64,000 nucleotides of DNA, from positions 35,827 to 99,826 of the forward strand of contig CBDBFE010000001.1 in the NCBI GenBank assembly GCA_965204705.1. The letters run 5' to 3'. This document shows positions 9,767 to 18,948 of the stretch, piece by piece; the stretch's first letter is position 1, and each line of letters begins with the position of its first letter. Under the pieces are notes generated by a model. That model saw only the letters and a list, made by a program, of their open reading frames with translations, did no database searches and was not told where the DNA came from. The stretch is from Caldilineaceae bacterium (lineage in GTDB: Bacteria; Chloroflexota; Anaerolineae; Caldilineales; Caldilineaceae). A program made the translations under genes and the position numbers.

Positions 9767-10042
9767 GTGAACCAGTACATCCCGCACTTCATGGCTCTGC
9801 TCGTCGGCGGACTGGTCGGCTATGCGACGGGCAGCTATACTTTCGTCATGCTGGAGGGCGAGAGAATATCCTGGCGACTCAAGATAGCTGTTGCCGTGTT
9901 TGTGATGGCTGGCAGCTCGGGGATGATTGCCTTCCTGTTTCGAGAGCTGGCATTCGAGATTGCGATCTTCTACGCGCTCGGCTTCACCTTTGCGCTGGCC
10001 CTGTTCAGCATGGGAGACCGTATCCCATGCGGCGACACGTGA
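9767..10042 (+). CDS. Small integral membrane protein
   Basis: ORF track 91 aa, with three hydrophobic helix-length segments (ALLVGGLVGYATGSYTFV, IAVAVFVMAGSSGMIAFLF, IAIFYALGFTFALALF). It lies directly upstream of the lipoprotein gene. Confidence 0.45.
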   Translation: MNQYIPHFMALLVGGLVGYATGSYTFVMLEGERISWRLKIAVAVFVMAGSSGMIAFLFRELAFEIAIFYALGFTFALALFSMGDRIPCGDT

Positions 10043-10054
10043 ACCTGGCTTCCA

Positions 10055-10786
10055 ATGTGGGAGGACCTGATGAATAGACCCGTTGTCCTCGTGCTCGTGT
10101 TGGTCCTTGCGGCGTGCAATCCGATTCCGCCTCTCGATCCAAATCGATTTGTGGAGTGCACGAAATCCTACGCGGCGGGCAACCCGGGTAGTACCTCCAG
10201 AGATGCAATTGACGATTTGCCGGGCTACATAGACATTATCAAGACAAGATCTAATCGGGTTGGCAAAACGATTCATGCCACGTTTTATCTCCGAGAGATT
10301 CCCGAAATGATGACGTTCAACAGGGACGGGGTTGGTAATAAGGTCTTGGAGCATACGTGGATGTACTTGCCAGGGTTCGAACCTCTGTCGGCCCTAGACG
10401 GGGTTGGCAATGAGGTGTTGGAGTATACGTGGACAGTCTCCATTAACGTTGATGGGAGTATTTTTGATCCTGACTATCCTGAACATGAGCTTGAATTTAT
10501 GCTGGCGGCCTTTACGGTCTCGACCGTTGTTTCACAGCTGGGCAGAAATCTGGCCCGCCCGCTTGAGAACGTGATTGAAGTAGAGCTGTATGAACGCGTG
10601 TTTGACGAATCGTTGCAGGCGTATACCTGGCTGGAAGTAGAGGGCAGCAATCCTCGCGTAACGATCTCCCGCGAGGATCATACCATTAAGCTGTCCAGTG
10701 AAATTCCTGGCATGAGCCATGAGTCGTTTTTGTATTTCCGCTCTTTTGACGCTCTTCTTGGTGCCGATTGCATTTCACCGGAATGA
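10055..10786 (+). CDS. Lipoprotein, unknown function
   Basis: ORF track 243 aa. N-terminus …VVLVLVLVLAAC|NP is a lipobox-like L-A-A-C. Internal duplicated segment DGVGN(K/E)VLE(H/Y)TW. Confidence 0.6.
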   Translation: MWEDLMNRPVVLVLVLVLAACNPIPPLDPNRFVECTKSYAAGNPGSTSRDAIDDLPGYIDIIKTRSNRVGKTIHATFYLREIPEMMTFNRDGVGNKVLEHTWMYLPGFEPLSALDGVGNEVLEYTWTVSINVDGSIFDPDYPEHELEFMLAAFTVSTVVSQLGRNLARPLENVIEVELYERVFDESLQAYTWLEVEGSNPRVTISREDHTIKLSSEIPGMSHESFLYFRSFDALLGADCISPE

Positions 10787-10961
10787 GTGTAGCCGATAGT
10801 TCAGTCAGGCCAGCCCGTCGTGCGCGATGCTGCGTGGGCCCGGGAATCAGTGGCCAGGATTCTCGCCACATCTCCTTCCTGTGGAACGGCGGGCGGCTTG
10901 GTTTCAATCGCGACAGGTGTTCACAACTCCGCTGTTGCTGGAATCCCCGCGCCGATCAGCC

Positions 10962-11184
10962 ACACAGCAGCATTAGAGGGCCTTCGAGCAGTTGGCCCGG
11001 CGGACGGCCGAGGAAGCATGGCTGGCGGGTGATGCGTTGCTCCGCATCAGGCAGCAGCAGCCACGCGGGGCCTGGCTGCCAGCCCGCAAAGAGCGCGCCA
11101 TCGCCTGCACGACCGCAAACCGCTTTATCCGGCTACGCCAGCAGTATGTCGAAATTAACCAAGTTGGTGAATTTGGCGAGGATT
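10962..11184 (+). pseudogene. Decayed DUF3102-gene copy
   Basis: Track ORF 10992..11186 translates …EEAWLAGDALLRIRQQQPRGAWLPARKERAIACTTANRFIRLRQQYVEINQVGEFG, truncated at both ends relative to 1681..2349. Confidence 0.7.
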
Positions 11185-11553
11185 AAGAGATTATCATGGC
11201 AAGAGACAGGGCGGACGCGGGCGCACAGCACGCTGACCGATTGGATGACGGAGAAAGAGTAGACCGACGCACGGAAAAAATTAGTCGCTCTGAAAAAGCG
11301 CATAGAGCAGTTGGAATCAACGCCGACAATCCCCCTGGACAAACCTGCGTCCACAGGCCCGCCTTCTACGTCAGGACCGGAACCCATGCTTCGAGTTAGC
11401 GCCCAAAACCTTTTCCATGACTACAGGCTATATGGGAAAATGACGCTTGAAGTAGATGCTGAAGTGGAGAAAATTCAGATCGTCACAATATGACGGGCGC
11501 TCTGGAAATCATTTGGAGACGCCTTCACGCGTGTAGATGAAGATCCGGTTCTG

Positions 11554-11823
11554 ATGAAGAATGAACGCTGGAGGATTGATGTGGCCCTTGCGGTTGCTTC
11601 GTCGAGCCTGGCATATGAAGACACCTTCACTCTCTATCCCCCCGTCAAATTGGATTCCTTCCACAACAGCATGGTTGAGAGCCTGTCCCACTGCAATATG
11701 GGGGGAGCTCAGGTAACCCATGTAATAGAGATTATGGATTCTGATGTTCTGGATGATGGCGTAGAGAACATCGAACTTTGCGGCCAAATGCTTCAGCCGC
11801 CATATCGGGATTCGAATTGGTGA
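11554..11823 (+). CDS. Hypothetical protein
   Basis: ORF track 89 aa. Its stop is followed 8 nt later by a strong hairpin (11831..11862). The competing antisense ORF 11509..11949 would have to read through that hairpin. Confidence 0.3.
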   Translation: MKNERWRIDVALAVASSSLAYEDTFTLYPPVKLDSFHNSMVESLSHCNMGGAQVTHVIEIMDSDVLDDGVENIELCGQMLQPPYRDSNW

Positions 11824-11830
11824 GCATTGT

Positions 11831-11862
11831 AAAGCCCGCCGGTGTTGACGCTGGCGGGCTTT
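11831..11862. terminator. Bidirectional hairpin between convergent genes
   Basis: AAAGCCCGCC-(12 nt)-GGCGGGCTTT, a 10-bp perfect stem, located between the stop at 11823 (+) and the stop at 11918 (-). Confidence 0.55.
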
Positions 11863-11917
11863 ATGACGAAATGCCTGATTTTCTGGTTGAATTGAGTCGA
11901 AGTTGCCTCCGCCTGTT

Positions 11918-12346
11918 TCATCCCCCGGTTGATTTCTGACACATCTCAATCGCCTTCTCTATTTGGGCATACTCCGATGCGCCGCCTTGAATGCCTTCGC
12001 CTTCGGAACTGTCCCCACCATTGACCGTGGCCTCAAAGTCAAACTGGCCTAGCGCCATAAAGAACCCGAGGGAAATGTACCTGATGGCGTCCGTCTGACT
12101 ACCTGTCATTGTGTCGGCCGGCTGATTTTCTCTTTCGTCTGCCAGCGTGTCAACGCAGGTGAAAAAATCCGAAATAAGCGACGCGTACTCTTCGACCCTC
12201 TCCTCTTCACCGTCAGTTATCGCCAGAGCCGAAGCCAGATCATTTAAGTCAATCTGATTTGGCCCTCGTTCCACACTCTCCGCAATCGGTTGGCACGCCG
12301 CCGCCAGAAATGCCGTTATGACTATAACCGCTACCATAATGCGTTT
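11918..12346 (-). CDS. Lipoprotein, paralog of 16489..16929
   Basis: Track ORF 11918..12412. Likely start at the internal MKRIMVAVIVITAFLAAAC|QPI (lipobox). Shares AACQPI…DL..ALAI.D…E.E..Y…FF.C…A.EMC with ORF 16489..16929. Confidence 0.6.
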   Translation of the reverse strand, partial: KRIMVAVIVITAFLAAACQPIAESVERGPNQIDLNDLASALAITDGEEERVEEYASLISDFFTCVDTLADERENQPADTMTGSQTDAIRYISLGFFMALGQFDFEATVNGGDSSEGEGIQGGASEYAQIEKAIEMCQKSTGG

Positions 12347-12798
12347 CATGCGCCAGTCTCCCTGTTCAATGAGAACTGTTTTCCATTCTGATCTGTCTCG
12401 GTGAAATGTCAAAGTTCTTGTAGTGCTTAATGGTGTGAATTCTTCCTTGAAACTTGGTGACTGCTCAGCCTCGTCTGGCAGTTTGCTTGAAAGGAACGAT
12501 CACGGGATAACAGGGCCATAAACGGCTGCCGGAAAGAGTGAACCCTTCATCTACACCCCTATGTCGGCGCCATTTGCCGAACCCGATCCTTTCAGGCAGA
12601 TTCCAAGCACGATCTGTTGCACTTGGATGACCTGATTGCCCTTTACAGGTCGCACATTGGGCGATGGCTGAGCAGTTACAACTAAAGTACATATGGGCCC
12701 CGCATCTTCATGAACGAGGATACCCTGCCTCCCCCGCCTGCCGCCTGCCTCCCCATCCCGCCCCAACCGCCCGACCTCGCTCCTGTCGGGCTCGAGCC

Positions 12799-13907
12799 TC
12801 ACCCCGAAAGTGCCGGCAGCGCTTCCCGCACCAGCAGTTCCGCACACCGCTTCTCCTCATCCACGTCTGCATCCACGGTCGGGCCCATCACCACTATCCT
12901 GTCTATCCCCAGGTCGACGATCTCCTGGATCCGCCCGATGCACGTTTCCGGTGGACCGGCAATCGCAAACTGGTCCACGAACGCCGCCGGTGGAACAACC
13001 GAAACGTTGCGGTCCCGCATGTTGTACTCCTTGTGCAGATTCGCCAGGGCCTCCTTCTCCGCCTGCGTTACCGGCCCGTGCGTCTTCCCGTGCATCACCG
13101 AAAACCGCACGAATGTGTCCAGGAACTGGACCATCTCCCGGGCCGCCTCCAGCTGCTGATGGCACACGATGTTCACGTACGCGCCGTACCGGATTCCGTC
13201 CGGCTCCAGCCCTGCCTCACGACGCGCGGTTCGGGCCTGCTCCAATCCCCACCCCAGCCTGTTGAGGTCTGCCCCCAACGCGAACATGACAATGTCGGCG
13301 CGTCTCGCCGCCGTTCCGATAACCCGCGGCCCGCTCGCTGCAACGGCCACGGGCACCTTCTTGTCCCGGGAGTCGAGCCGCCTGAGCCTGCTGTCGGCGG
13401 GGGTATCCGCCAGCTTTAGCGTATCAACGGGCGGGGCCAGGCCGCGGCAGTGTGTCAACTCTTCAAAGGCCACGCTGCTTCCCTTCAGGTAGGCCTGCAA
13501 GGCTTTCAGGTAGCTGTCCAGTACCCTCACGTATGCGGCCGCGTGTCCAACGAACGCCAGCGCCGAGTCCCCCTCCCGATTCGCAGCACCGCTCGCCCCT
13601 CCGACGCCTCCTGAATGCTCGCAATCGCCCCCGCAGCCACCGCCGGGTGGCGGGTCACAGGGTTCGTCACATCCGTGCTCAGTTGGATCCGTTCCGTAGC
13701 GGAAGCAGCCAGCGCCAAAGAAACGTAAATGTCCCCGCACAGGTTCTGATTATCAAGAAACCCGATGCCATGCCAGCCCGCCTCCTCCGCCCTCTTGGCA
13801 TAGTCCACTGCCTTTCGCGTACGCGGACGGACGGCCGTTATAAGCTCCACCTGGCGATTTGAGACGTGCTGCATTTCTGTGTGTGGTCGAGAATGAATCG
13901 GCTCCAA
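12799..13907 (-). pseudogene. Luciferase-like (LLM class, F420/flavin-dependent) oxidoreductase with a -1 frameshift in a homopolymer
   Basis: N-terminal half is in track ORF 13527..13907 (…AEEAGWHGIGFLDNQ…RIQLSTDVTNPVTRHPAV…GRAVLRIGRG). The C-terminal half is in another frame, track ORF 12799..13740 (DSALAFVGH…FAIAGPPETCIGRIQEIVDLGIDRIVV). The frames join if one G is added to the G5 run (plus-strand CCCCC 13569-13573). This could be an assembly error. Confidence 0.65.
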
Positions 13908-14129
13908 GCGTGTCCATCAGTTTGTTTAGCGAGGTGCCATTCCCCATCGTGCCGTCAATAAACTCAGCATAATGGCCCCGGATGTAATGTGACCCCCTTC
14001 ATGGCCGCGGCCGCTGTCGCATAGTTCCTGCCCTGCCCTGTTTCTTGCCCCGTGCAGGGTGCGTACAACGAACGCCAAAGGCCGGAACGCGCCAGCGGCA
14101 CAACCTCCGCCCGCGTCCGGCTAAGGTAC

Positions 14130-14447
14130 GATAAGGGCTATGCGCGAGGCAGCTATCCGGCAAATTCCCCACCTTCAGGCCCCGTTCGGTCCCTTCAATC
14201 AAGATCGGTTCCTGGTCACAGGACGACACTTGGCTGCCGGACCTGATAGACGATAAAGGGATGGTCGAGGAAGCATGGCTGGCGGGTGATGCGTTGCTCC
14301 GGATCAGGCAGCAGCGCCGCACGGCGCCTGGCTGCCATCCCGCCAAGAGCCGGCCAGCGCCTGCACGACCGCAAACCGCTTTATCCGGCTGCGCCAGCAA
14401 TATCCCGAAATTAACCAACTTGGTGAATTTGGCACTGTATCTGCGGC
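14130..14447 (+). pseudogene. Decayed DUF3102-gene copy with associated upstream block
   Basis: Track ORF 14261..14539 begins MVEEAWLAGDALLRIRQQ and then loses frame. It ends …AAATTAACCAACTTGGTGAATTTGGCAC. The upstream block matches 9400-9500. Confidence 0.65.
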
Positions 14448-14550
14448 CAGTTCCTTATGGTGAGCGCCAATTCTTGAGAATTATATACGAAAGTAGCAGC
14501 GAAAAGGCTGAGGCGATGCATGAACGCCTCTATCAGTAAAGGAGACAGAC

Positions 14551-14997
14551 ATGGTTCGTTTTACACCCCTGTTTATTGCCCTTGCGCTCTTTGTTGCCGG
14601 TTGCGTTGCCATTCCAACCGAGAATGAAGCGGCGGGTTACGCCAGGTCAGTGGTGCAGGATGCGATCCGCTACCATGATCGCAACGGCAGGGATGCGGCT
14701 GTCGAGTATTACAGTTCGGAAGACAGCAGGCATGGTCAGTGGTACGTGTTCATTGTGGATGCGGATGGGTATGTCATTGCTACGCCCAACACGGACCTGA
14801 TCGGCCGCGATCCGGCTCTGCGCGTCGATGCAAGCGGTTACTTCTACGGCGATGATCTGATGAGCGCAACCGGGGCGGGCAAATGGATCAGCTACATCTT
14901 TCCTCATCCGGAAACCGGCGAGAACGCCCGTAAGCATACCTGGGTCGTGCGCCATGACGGATTGCTGTTCGCTTCCGGCTTCTATGAGGGGGAATAG
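14551..14997 (+). CDS. Lipoprotein with single Cache-like (sCache_2-type) sensor fold
   Basis: ORF track 148 aa. LFVAGC lipobox. The pattern …AI.YHDRNGRDAAV.YY…GQWYVFIVDADGYVIA.P…LIG.D…KWISYIFPHPETGE.A.KHTWVV.HDGLLFASGFY matches my recollection of the single Cache 2 domain. Confidence 0.55.
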   Translation: MVRFTPLFIALALFVAGCVAIPTENEAAGYARSVVQDAIRYHDRNGRDAAVEYYSSEDSRHGQWYVFIVDADGYVIATPNTDLIGRDPALRVDASGYFYGDDLMSATGAGKWISYIFPHPETGENARKHTWVVRHDGLLFASGFYEGE

Positions 14998-15023
14998 ACC
15001 GACGAAGCAACGCCAGAGGGAGC

Positions 15024-15220
15024 CAGGGCTCGTTGACGGTTGGCTGAACCGCGATTTGCGGGAGCAAAAGGAGGCTGATCCGCGCATTCACGCAACGGAC
15101 TTTCCCGTGGTCTTCGCGGCCCTTCGTGGACAAAACGCTTTCACCGGGACCCTTCGCATGACTTCGCGGATTAATCGGTTTCGATTTTGAACGACCTCCC
15201 CGAAATGTCAACGAAACCTG
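15024..15220 (+). mobile_element. TIR-element family C, short copy C7 (197 bp)
   Basis: Left end CAGGGCTCGTTGACGGTT and right end AAATGTCAACGAAACCTG (inverted). Interior has CTTCGCGG/CCTTCGTGGACAAAA modules. Confidence 0.55.
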
Positions 15221-15353
15221 TAGACTGCGCTCGGGCGCCGGCGAGGTATGCTTGGCCCCAATCGCTCGACCACGATTAAACGTTGCTTTGGTATATGATC
15301 CCCCAAGATATACCTATGCACATGGGGGAGGTGACTCCGGTTATTGCCTTTCT

Positions 15354-15830
15354 CTAATATTGCTCAGTCAATGCTTCGTGTTCTTTGGCGTATACGACAG
15401 TGGTTCCCATGAGCTTATCATGCCAGCCCTGATTGCGGCTGTCTAGCAGTATCCACAAGAAACCGAGATAGAGGACAGCAGCTGAAATTGCCTTCCCGAC
15501 GATGTCCCTCATAACGACTGTCCCGAACCCTGCCGTGTCCCCGTTGTTCTTGATAATCTTGATTCCCATCAGCCACTTTCCCACCGTGCGCCCCTTCGCA
15601 AAGAGAACCAGGCTCACAATCAGAAAAACCAGCACCAGCAAGATCGATGCTATAAATTCCCCGCCCATTTCTTCAGGGCTGCCGTCCGCTCTCGAAATGA
15701 CTGAGAACAGCCAGAATGAGGAACCTGTCCAGACAATAGTGTCAATCAAGTGCGCGAACAATCTGCGAATCGGTGTAACCGTGCGAAGCTGCTGCCAGTT
15801 CTCTGCCGTCCCAATTGCAGAATTTGCCAT
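15354..15830 (-). CDS. RDD-family membrane protein
   Basis: ORF track 158 aa. RRLFAHLIDTIVW…GKWLMGIKII…GWHDKLMGTTVV is the layout I associate with RDD domains, with 3 hydrophobic spans. Confidence 0.6.
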   Translation of the reverse strand: MANSAIGTAENWQQLRTVTPIRRLFAHLIDTIVWTGSSFWLFSVISRADGSPEEMGGEFIASILLVLVFLIVSLVLFAKGRTVGKWLMGIKIIKNNGDTAGFGTVVMRDIVGKAISAAVLYLGFLWILLDSRNQGWHDKLMGTTVVYAKEHEALTEQY

Positions 15831-16411
15831 GAAGAATTCTCCTTGGTGGAAACGGATTAATGGATGCCGCTACCCCGCATTCCCTGCATTCCTTCAGTGC
15901 CATAGCCACCCCCTATACTGCTGCCAGGGACTGAACTAGGCCCAAAAGCATAGGGAATTATATACTTGATTAGACGGCTTGCTGTGTTTAGCCTTGAATA
16001 ACCTCGCCGAATCCGGCTTGTGTCAGGCATAGGACAAGGCCGGAAATTTCCTCGTTTATTCTCGCCAGTTCTCGCAGGTGGCTCATCAGGCTGTTTACTT
16101 CATTTTCTTTCAAGTGTGAATCTTCCCGGCCTGAATGGTTGACCTTTACTGCCTGATTCTCCTGGGTCCAGCGTATTGCGTCCGGGTCTGTCCTCAATTA
16201 GCTTGCCAGCTGCGCTAGTTTGCTCTCTATTGCCTGCAGGTCATGGACCAAAAGTCCTTTTCGCTTCTTGGCGTCGCGCAACTGGTTCAGCTTGGCTACG
16301 ATTTTTACGTCCATTTCGTCCGCGGTCATTTTTCCTCCTTGTCTGGACTGCTGTATTTATGGTCGTGCCAGCAACTTTGTCGCGGAAGCAATGCGTTCTT
16401 AAAAAACCGAA

Positions 16412-16450
16412 CGCTCAAAAGAAGCCCGCCAGCGTAACGCTGGCGGGCTT
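16412..16450 (-). terminator. Rho-independent terminator of 16489..16929
   Basis: AAGCCCGCCAGC-(5 nt)-GCTGGCGGGCTT, a 12-bp stem. On the minus strand it is followed by TTCTTTTG, 38 nt after the stop codon. Confidence 0.65.
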
Positions 16451-16488
16451 ACCGACCTGTGGAATGAAATAATAAGCAGGCCGAGCTG

Positions 16489-16929
16489 CTATCCGGTTTC
16501 GCCAACTAAACGGTTGCACATTTCAGTTGCCGCCTCGATTTGATCAGAAACCGAAGCTCCATCTTGCCCGATCCCCACGCTTGATTCATGCTGCCCATCT
16601 GCCGTGGCCGAGGCGTCGAGTTGGGCGGACGCGACATAGACCCCAAGGAAAACATATTTGAGAGCGTCCCTGTGAGCTTCTGACAACGCCTTGAGCGTTT
16701 CGGCTTCGTATGTGTCGACTAGCACGCGGTCAGAGCAGGAGAAAAAGAACCGAAGCAGCACCTCGTATTCCTTAACCTCCTTTTCTACCTCGTCCACTAT
16801 TGCCAGAGCCGTAATCAAATCCTCGAACTCAACCTCCCTTTTATCCGATTCCACCAATGGGGGAATCGGCTGACAAGCCGCCAGAAGCAAAGCCAGCGTG
16901 ACGACGACCATTCCTGTAAGCCTCTTCAT
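16489..16929 (-). CDS. Lipoprotein, paralog of 11918..12346
   Basis: ORF track 146 aa. MKRLTGMVVVTLALLLAAC|QPI lipobox. See the paralog for shared motifs. Confidence 0.65.
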   Translation of the reverse strand: MKRLTGMVVVTLALLLAACQPIPPLVESDKREVEFEDLITALAIVDEVEKEVKEYEVLLRFFFSCSDRVLVDTYEAETLKALSEAHRDALKYVFLGVYVASAQLDASATADGQHESSVGIGQDGASVSDQIEAATEMCNRLVGETG

Positions 16930-17060
16930 TTCAGTGTCTCCTTACCTGCTGTTGTTTTGGCACAAAACCACAATTATTTGAATCCCGCCGGCATTGCCGG
17001 CGGGCCTTTCTTGACCTGTGTTCGGGAAGGCAAAATGTCAGGCCGGGTTAGTCCACTGTG

Positions 17061-17261
17061 TCAGGAGCGTCTTTCTTCGATCTTGACAAGACGCTGAAGT
17101 GTTTCGGCCATCGTGACATTCATCTTCTGAAGCTCCGATGTTTGGGCCTGAACCCCTATGATGGCCGTTTTTAGCTCTTCTCGTCCCTCTCTGGATTCCT
17201 TGACATTGTGTTCAAGGGTGTCCAGTCCGTTAGATTTTGAGGAGTTCTGTTTAGCCGCCAT
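17061..17261 (-). CDS. Hypothetical small coiled-coil protein
   Basis: ORF track 66 aa, heptad-like and charged. Lies in a lower-GC stretch (about 15.9-18.0 kb) with other small minus-strand ORFs. Confidence 0.3.
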   Translation of the reverse strand: MAAKQNSSKSNGLDTLEHNVKESREGREELKTAIIGVQAQTSELQKMNVTMAETLQRLVKIEERRS

Positions 17262-17291
17262 GTTTCCACTCCCTGGGTTACTTCGTTTCTG

Positions 17292-17462
17292 TTACGCCAA
17301 CTCCCTCCGGCGTTCCTCTCCCTTACGTTCAGCTGCACGGACAAGCGCCTGGGCTATTTCCTCTGGCGCGACCTTAATAGGCCCTATCCTGTTCTTGGCG
17401 GGCCGGCCCCGCTTTCGCTTCGGCTTCTTCAATTCACGCTGCGAACAATCTTTGGCTTTCAT
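17292..17462 (-). CDS. Hypothetical 56-aa basic protein with AT-hook-like motif
   Basis: Own translation (below the track length cut-off): MKAKDCSQRELKKPKRKRGRPAKNRIGPIKVAPEEIAQALVRAAERKGEERRRELA. The GRP core is flanked by K/R. Confidence 0.25.
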   Translation of the reverse strand: MKAKDCSQRELKKPKRKRGRPAKNRIGPIKVAPEEIAQALVRAAERKGEERRRELA

Positions 17463-18204
17463 GCTTACTCCCTGGGATCAGTTGGGTAGGGTAGGGCACG
17501 GAGGCACCCCAGAGGATGCTTTGAAGCGTTCCCTCCCTCTCTCTGGCAAAGATATGGCTTTCTCGCCGGCCATCATCGAACTCTGAACCCAACTGTCAAG
17601 AGATAGTATACACTATTACATATGACTTTTGTGTATCATTTGCTTAGAAACTGTGCCACTCCTATGCCAACCTCGACACTTCTATGTCAATTTCGAAATG
17701 GCCAGGAACCGGCTGCCTTTCCGGCGCAGACGGAGCGCTCCGCCATGGAGACCATCTTCGACCAACTCGAAAGCAAGGCACAGATTGAACATGCCCCATC
17801 ACCGCAACGCGATAAATTTCTATCGTCAATTTCATTGCCGGTCTGCTTGCCTTCACCAGGCAAACGAAAAAGAACGCCCCTTCTGATGATCAGCCCCTCC
17901 TCAACGCACTGCTTCACATGGCAGTCAACCTGGGCATACATATAATCCCCAGGAATATCTGGATAATGCACACCGGTCTCACGGTGTCCCCCGTACTGCC
18001 GGATATGGGACAGCATCCTGAAAATCAACCCCAAAGGCGCAGGATAGGATAGTCGCAATCAACGTCAGACCGCCGCGCCCCGTATCCTGAGGCTGGGGCC
18101 TGACTGCTTGAACCCCAGTCTCCGCTTGGCGGAAACCGGCCGCCCTTGGGAAACCGTCCCGAACCCGGGCCCCACAGGCCGTGACGCCCCCCTCCCCTAA
18201 CCCC

Positions 18205-18262
18205 TGCAGTCCCCCCCGCAGTTCCCCCCTGCAGTCCCCCCTGCAGTTCCCCCTGCAGTTCC
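18205..18262 (+). repeat. 12-13-nt microsatellite, about 5 units
   Basis: CTGCAGTCCCCCCC GCAGTTCCCCCC TGCAGTCCCCCC TGCAGTTCCCCC TGCAGTTCC, immediately 5' of the conserved leader block. Confidence 0.7.
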
Positions 18263-18332
18263 AAAAACTGACACCAAATTGGTACCAAACTGCCTTTTCT
18301 GTCACTGAAACGGCACGAAAAGTCTGCTAGAC
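18261..18332 (+). promoter_or_regulatory. Conserved non-coding block shared with 34371..34440 (upstream of PT-linker family genes)
   Basis: CCAAAAACTGACACCAAATTGGTACCAAA…TTCTGTCAC…GGCACGAAAAGTCTGCTAGA recurs (about 80% identical by eye) in reverse orientation upstream of ORF 33234..34310. Confidence 0.5.
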
Positions 18333-18948
18333 TGCCTGATAGATGCAGATCCCATCCGCGCTCCTGCAATGCAGGAGCGTCCGGTCCCGTTCCGACTCTG
18401 CATCCGGTCCATTTCCCAAAGGCCTTGGCCCTGCCGCCGCCGCCAGGGGCTATGTCCAACCCTGGAGACGGACAGATGACTGCCTACATTCAGCCGTTGC
18501 TGCCCGATCGCATCCGCGCCGCGGCCGTCCCATCCCTGTCATTGGGGGGGGGATGATCGCGTCTGCGCGGCGCCGCGCAAGGTTCCAACACCCTCGGCGC
18601 CGCTGGCAACAACCAGCCCGCTGCCATCCGGTCCGCGGCGCCCCCGCATGTGTGGATGATGCGGATGATGGCAAGACACGCGCCTGCACCAGGCCGCCGC
18701 GCCGCATGCCCCCCGCCGTGCCCTTCACGCGCGGGAACGCCCGCTGTAATCGGCTCTCCCGGCAACGGGCGAGAAGAGAGCGAAGAGAGAACGGCAGGCG
18801 CCAACTCACTCCTCACTTCTCTTCCCTCTTTCCTCGCAGTAAGGCACAGCCCTCTGCCCGATCGGAAAAATCTGGTTCCGCGCGGCAATCTCCTGCCTGC
18901 GTCCTGCTTGGGGTCTGAGTTTGTTACCTGAATTCGGAGATGTAAACG

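Noticed and set aside
10368-10392. GGTTCGAAC, a T-arm-like motif (possible tRNA)
   Set aside because: It lies inside the lipoprotein ORF 10055..10786. The flanking bases do not form a T-stem (CAGGG versus CTCTG), and I could not find acceptor or anticodon arms. No other tRNA-like T-loop with proper stems was spotted in the window.
12664-13419. Plus-strand ORFs (251, 149 and 151 aa) over the LLM oxidoreductase locus
   Set aside because: They are Pro/Arg-rich antisense translations. The minus strand encodes a recognisable, though frameshifted, LLM enzyme.
18343-18918. 191-aa Arg-rich ORF upstream of P1
   Set aside because: Extreme Arg/Pro/Ala composition and no motifs. It overlaps equally long ORFs in other frames and strands. 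The region is more likely a non-coding or decayed leader, although I cannot exclude a degraded gene.
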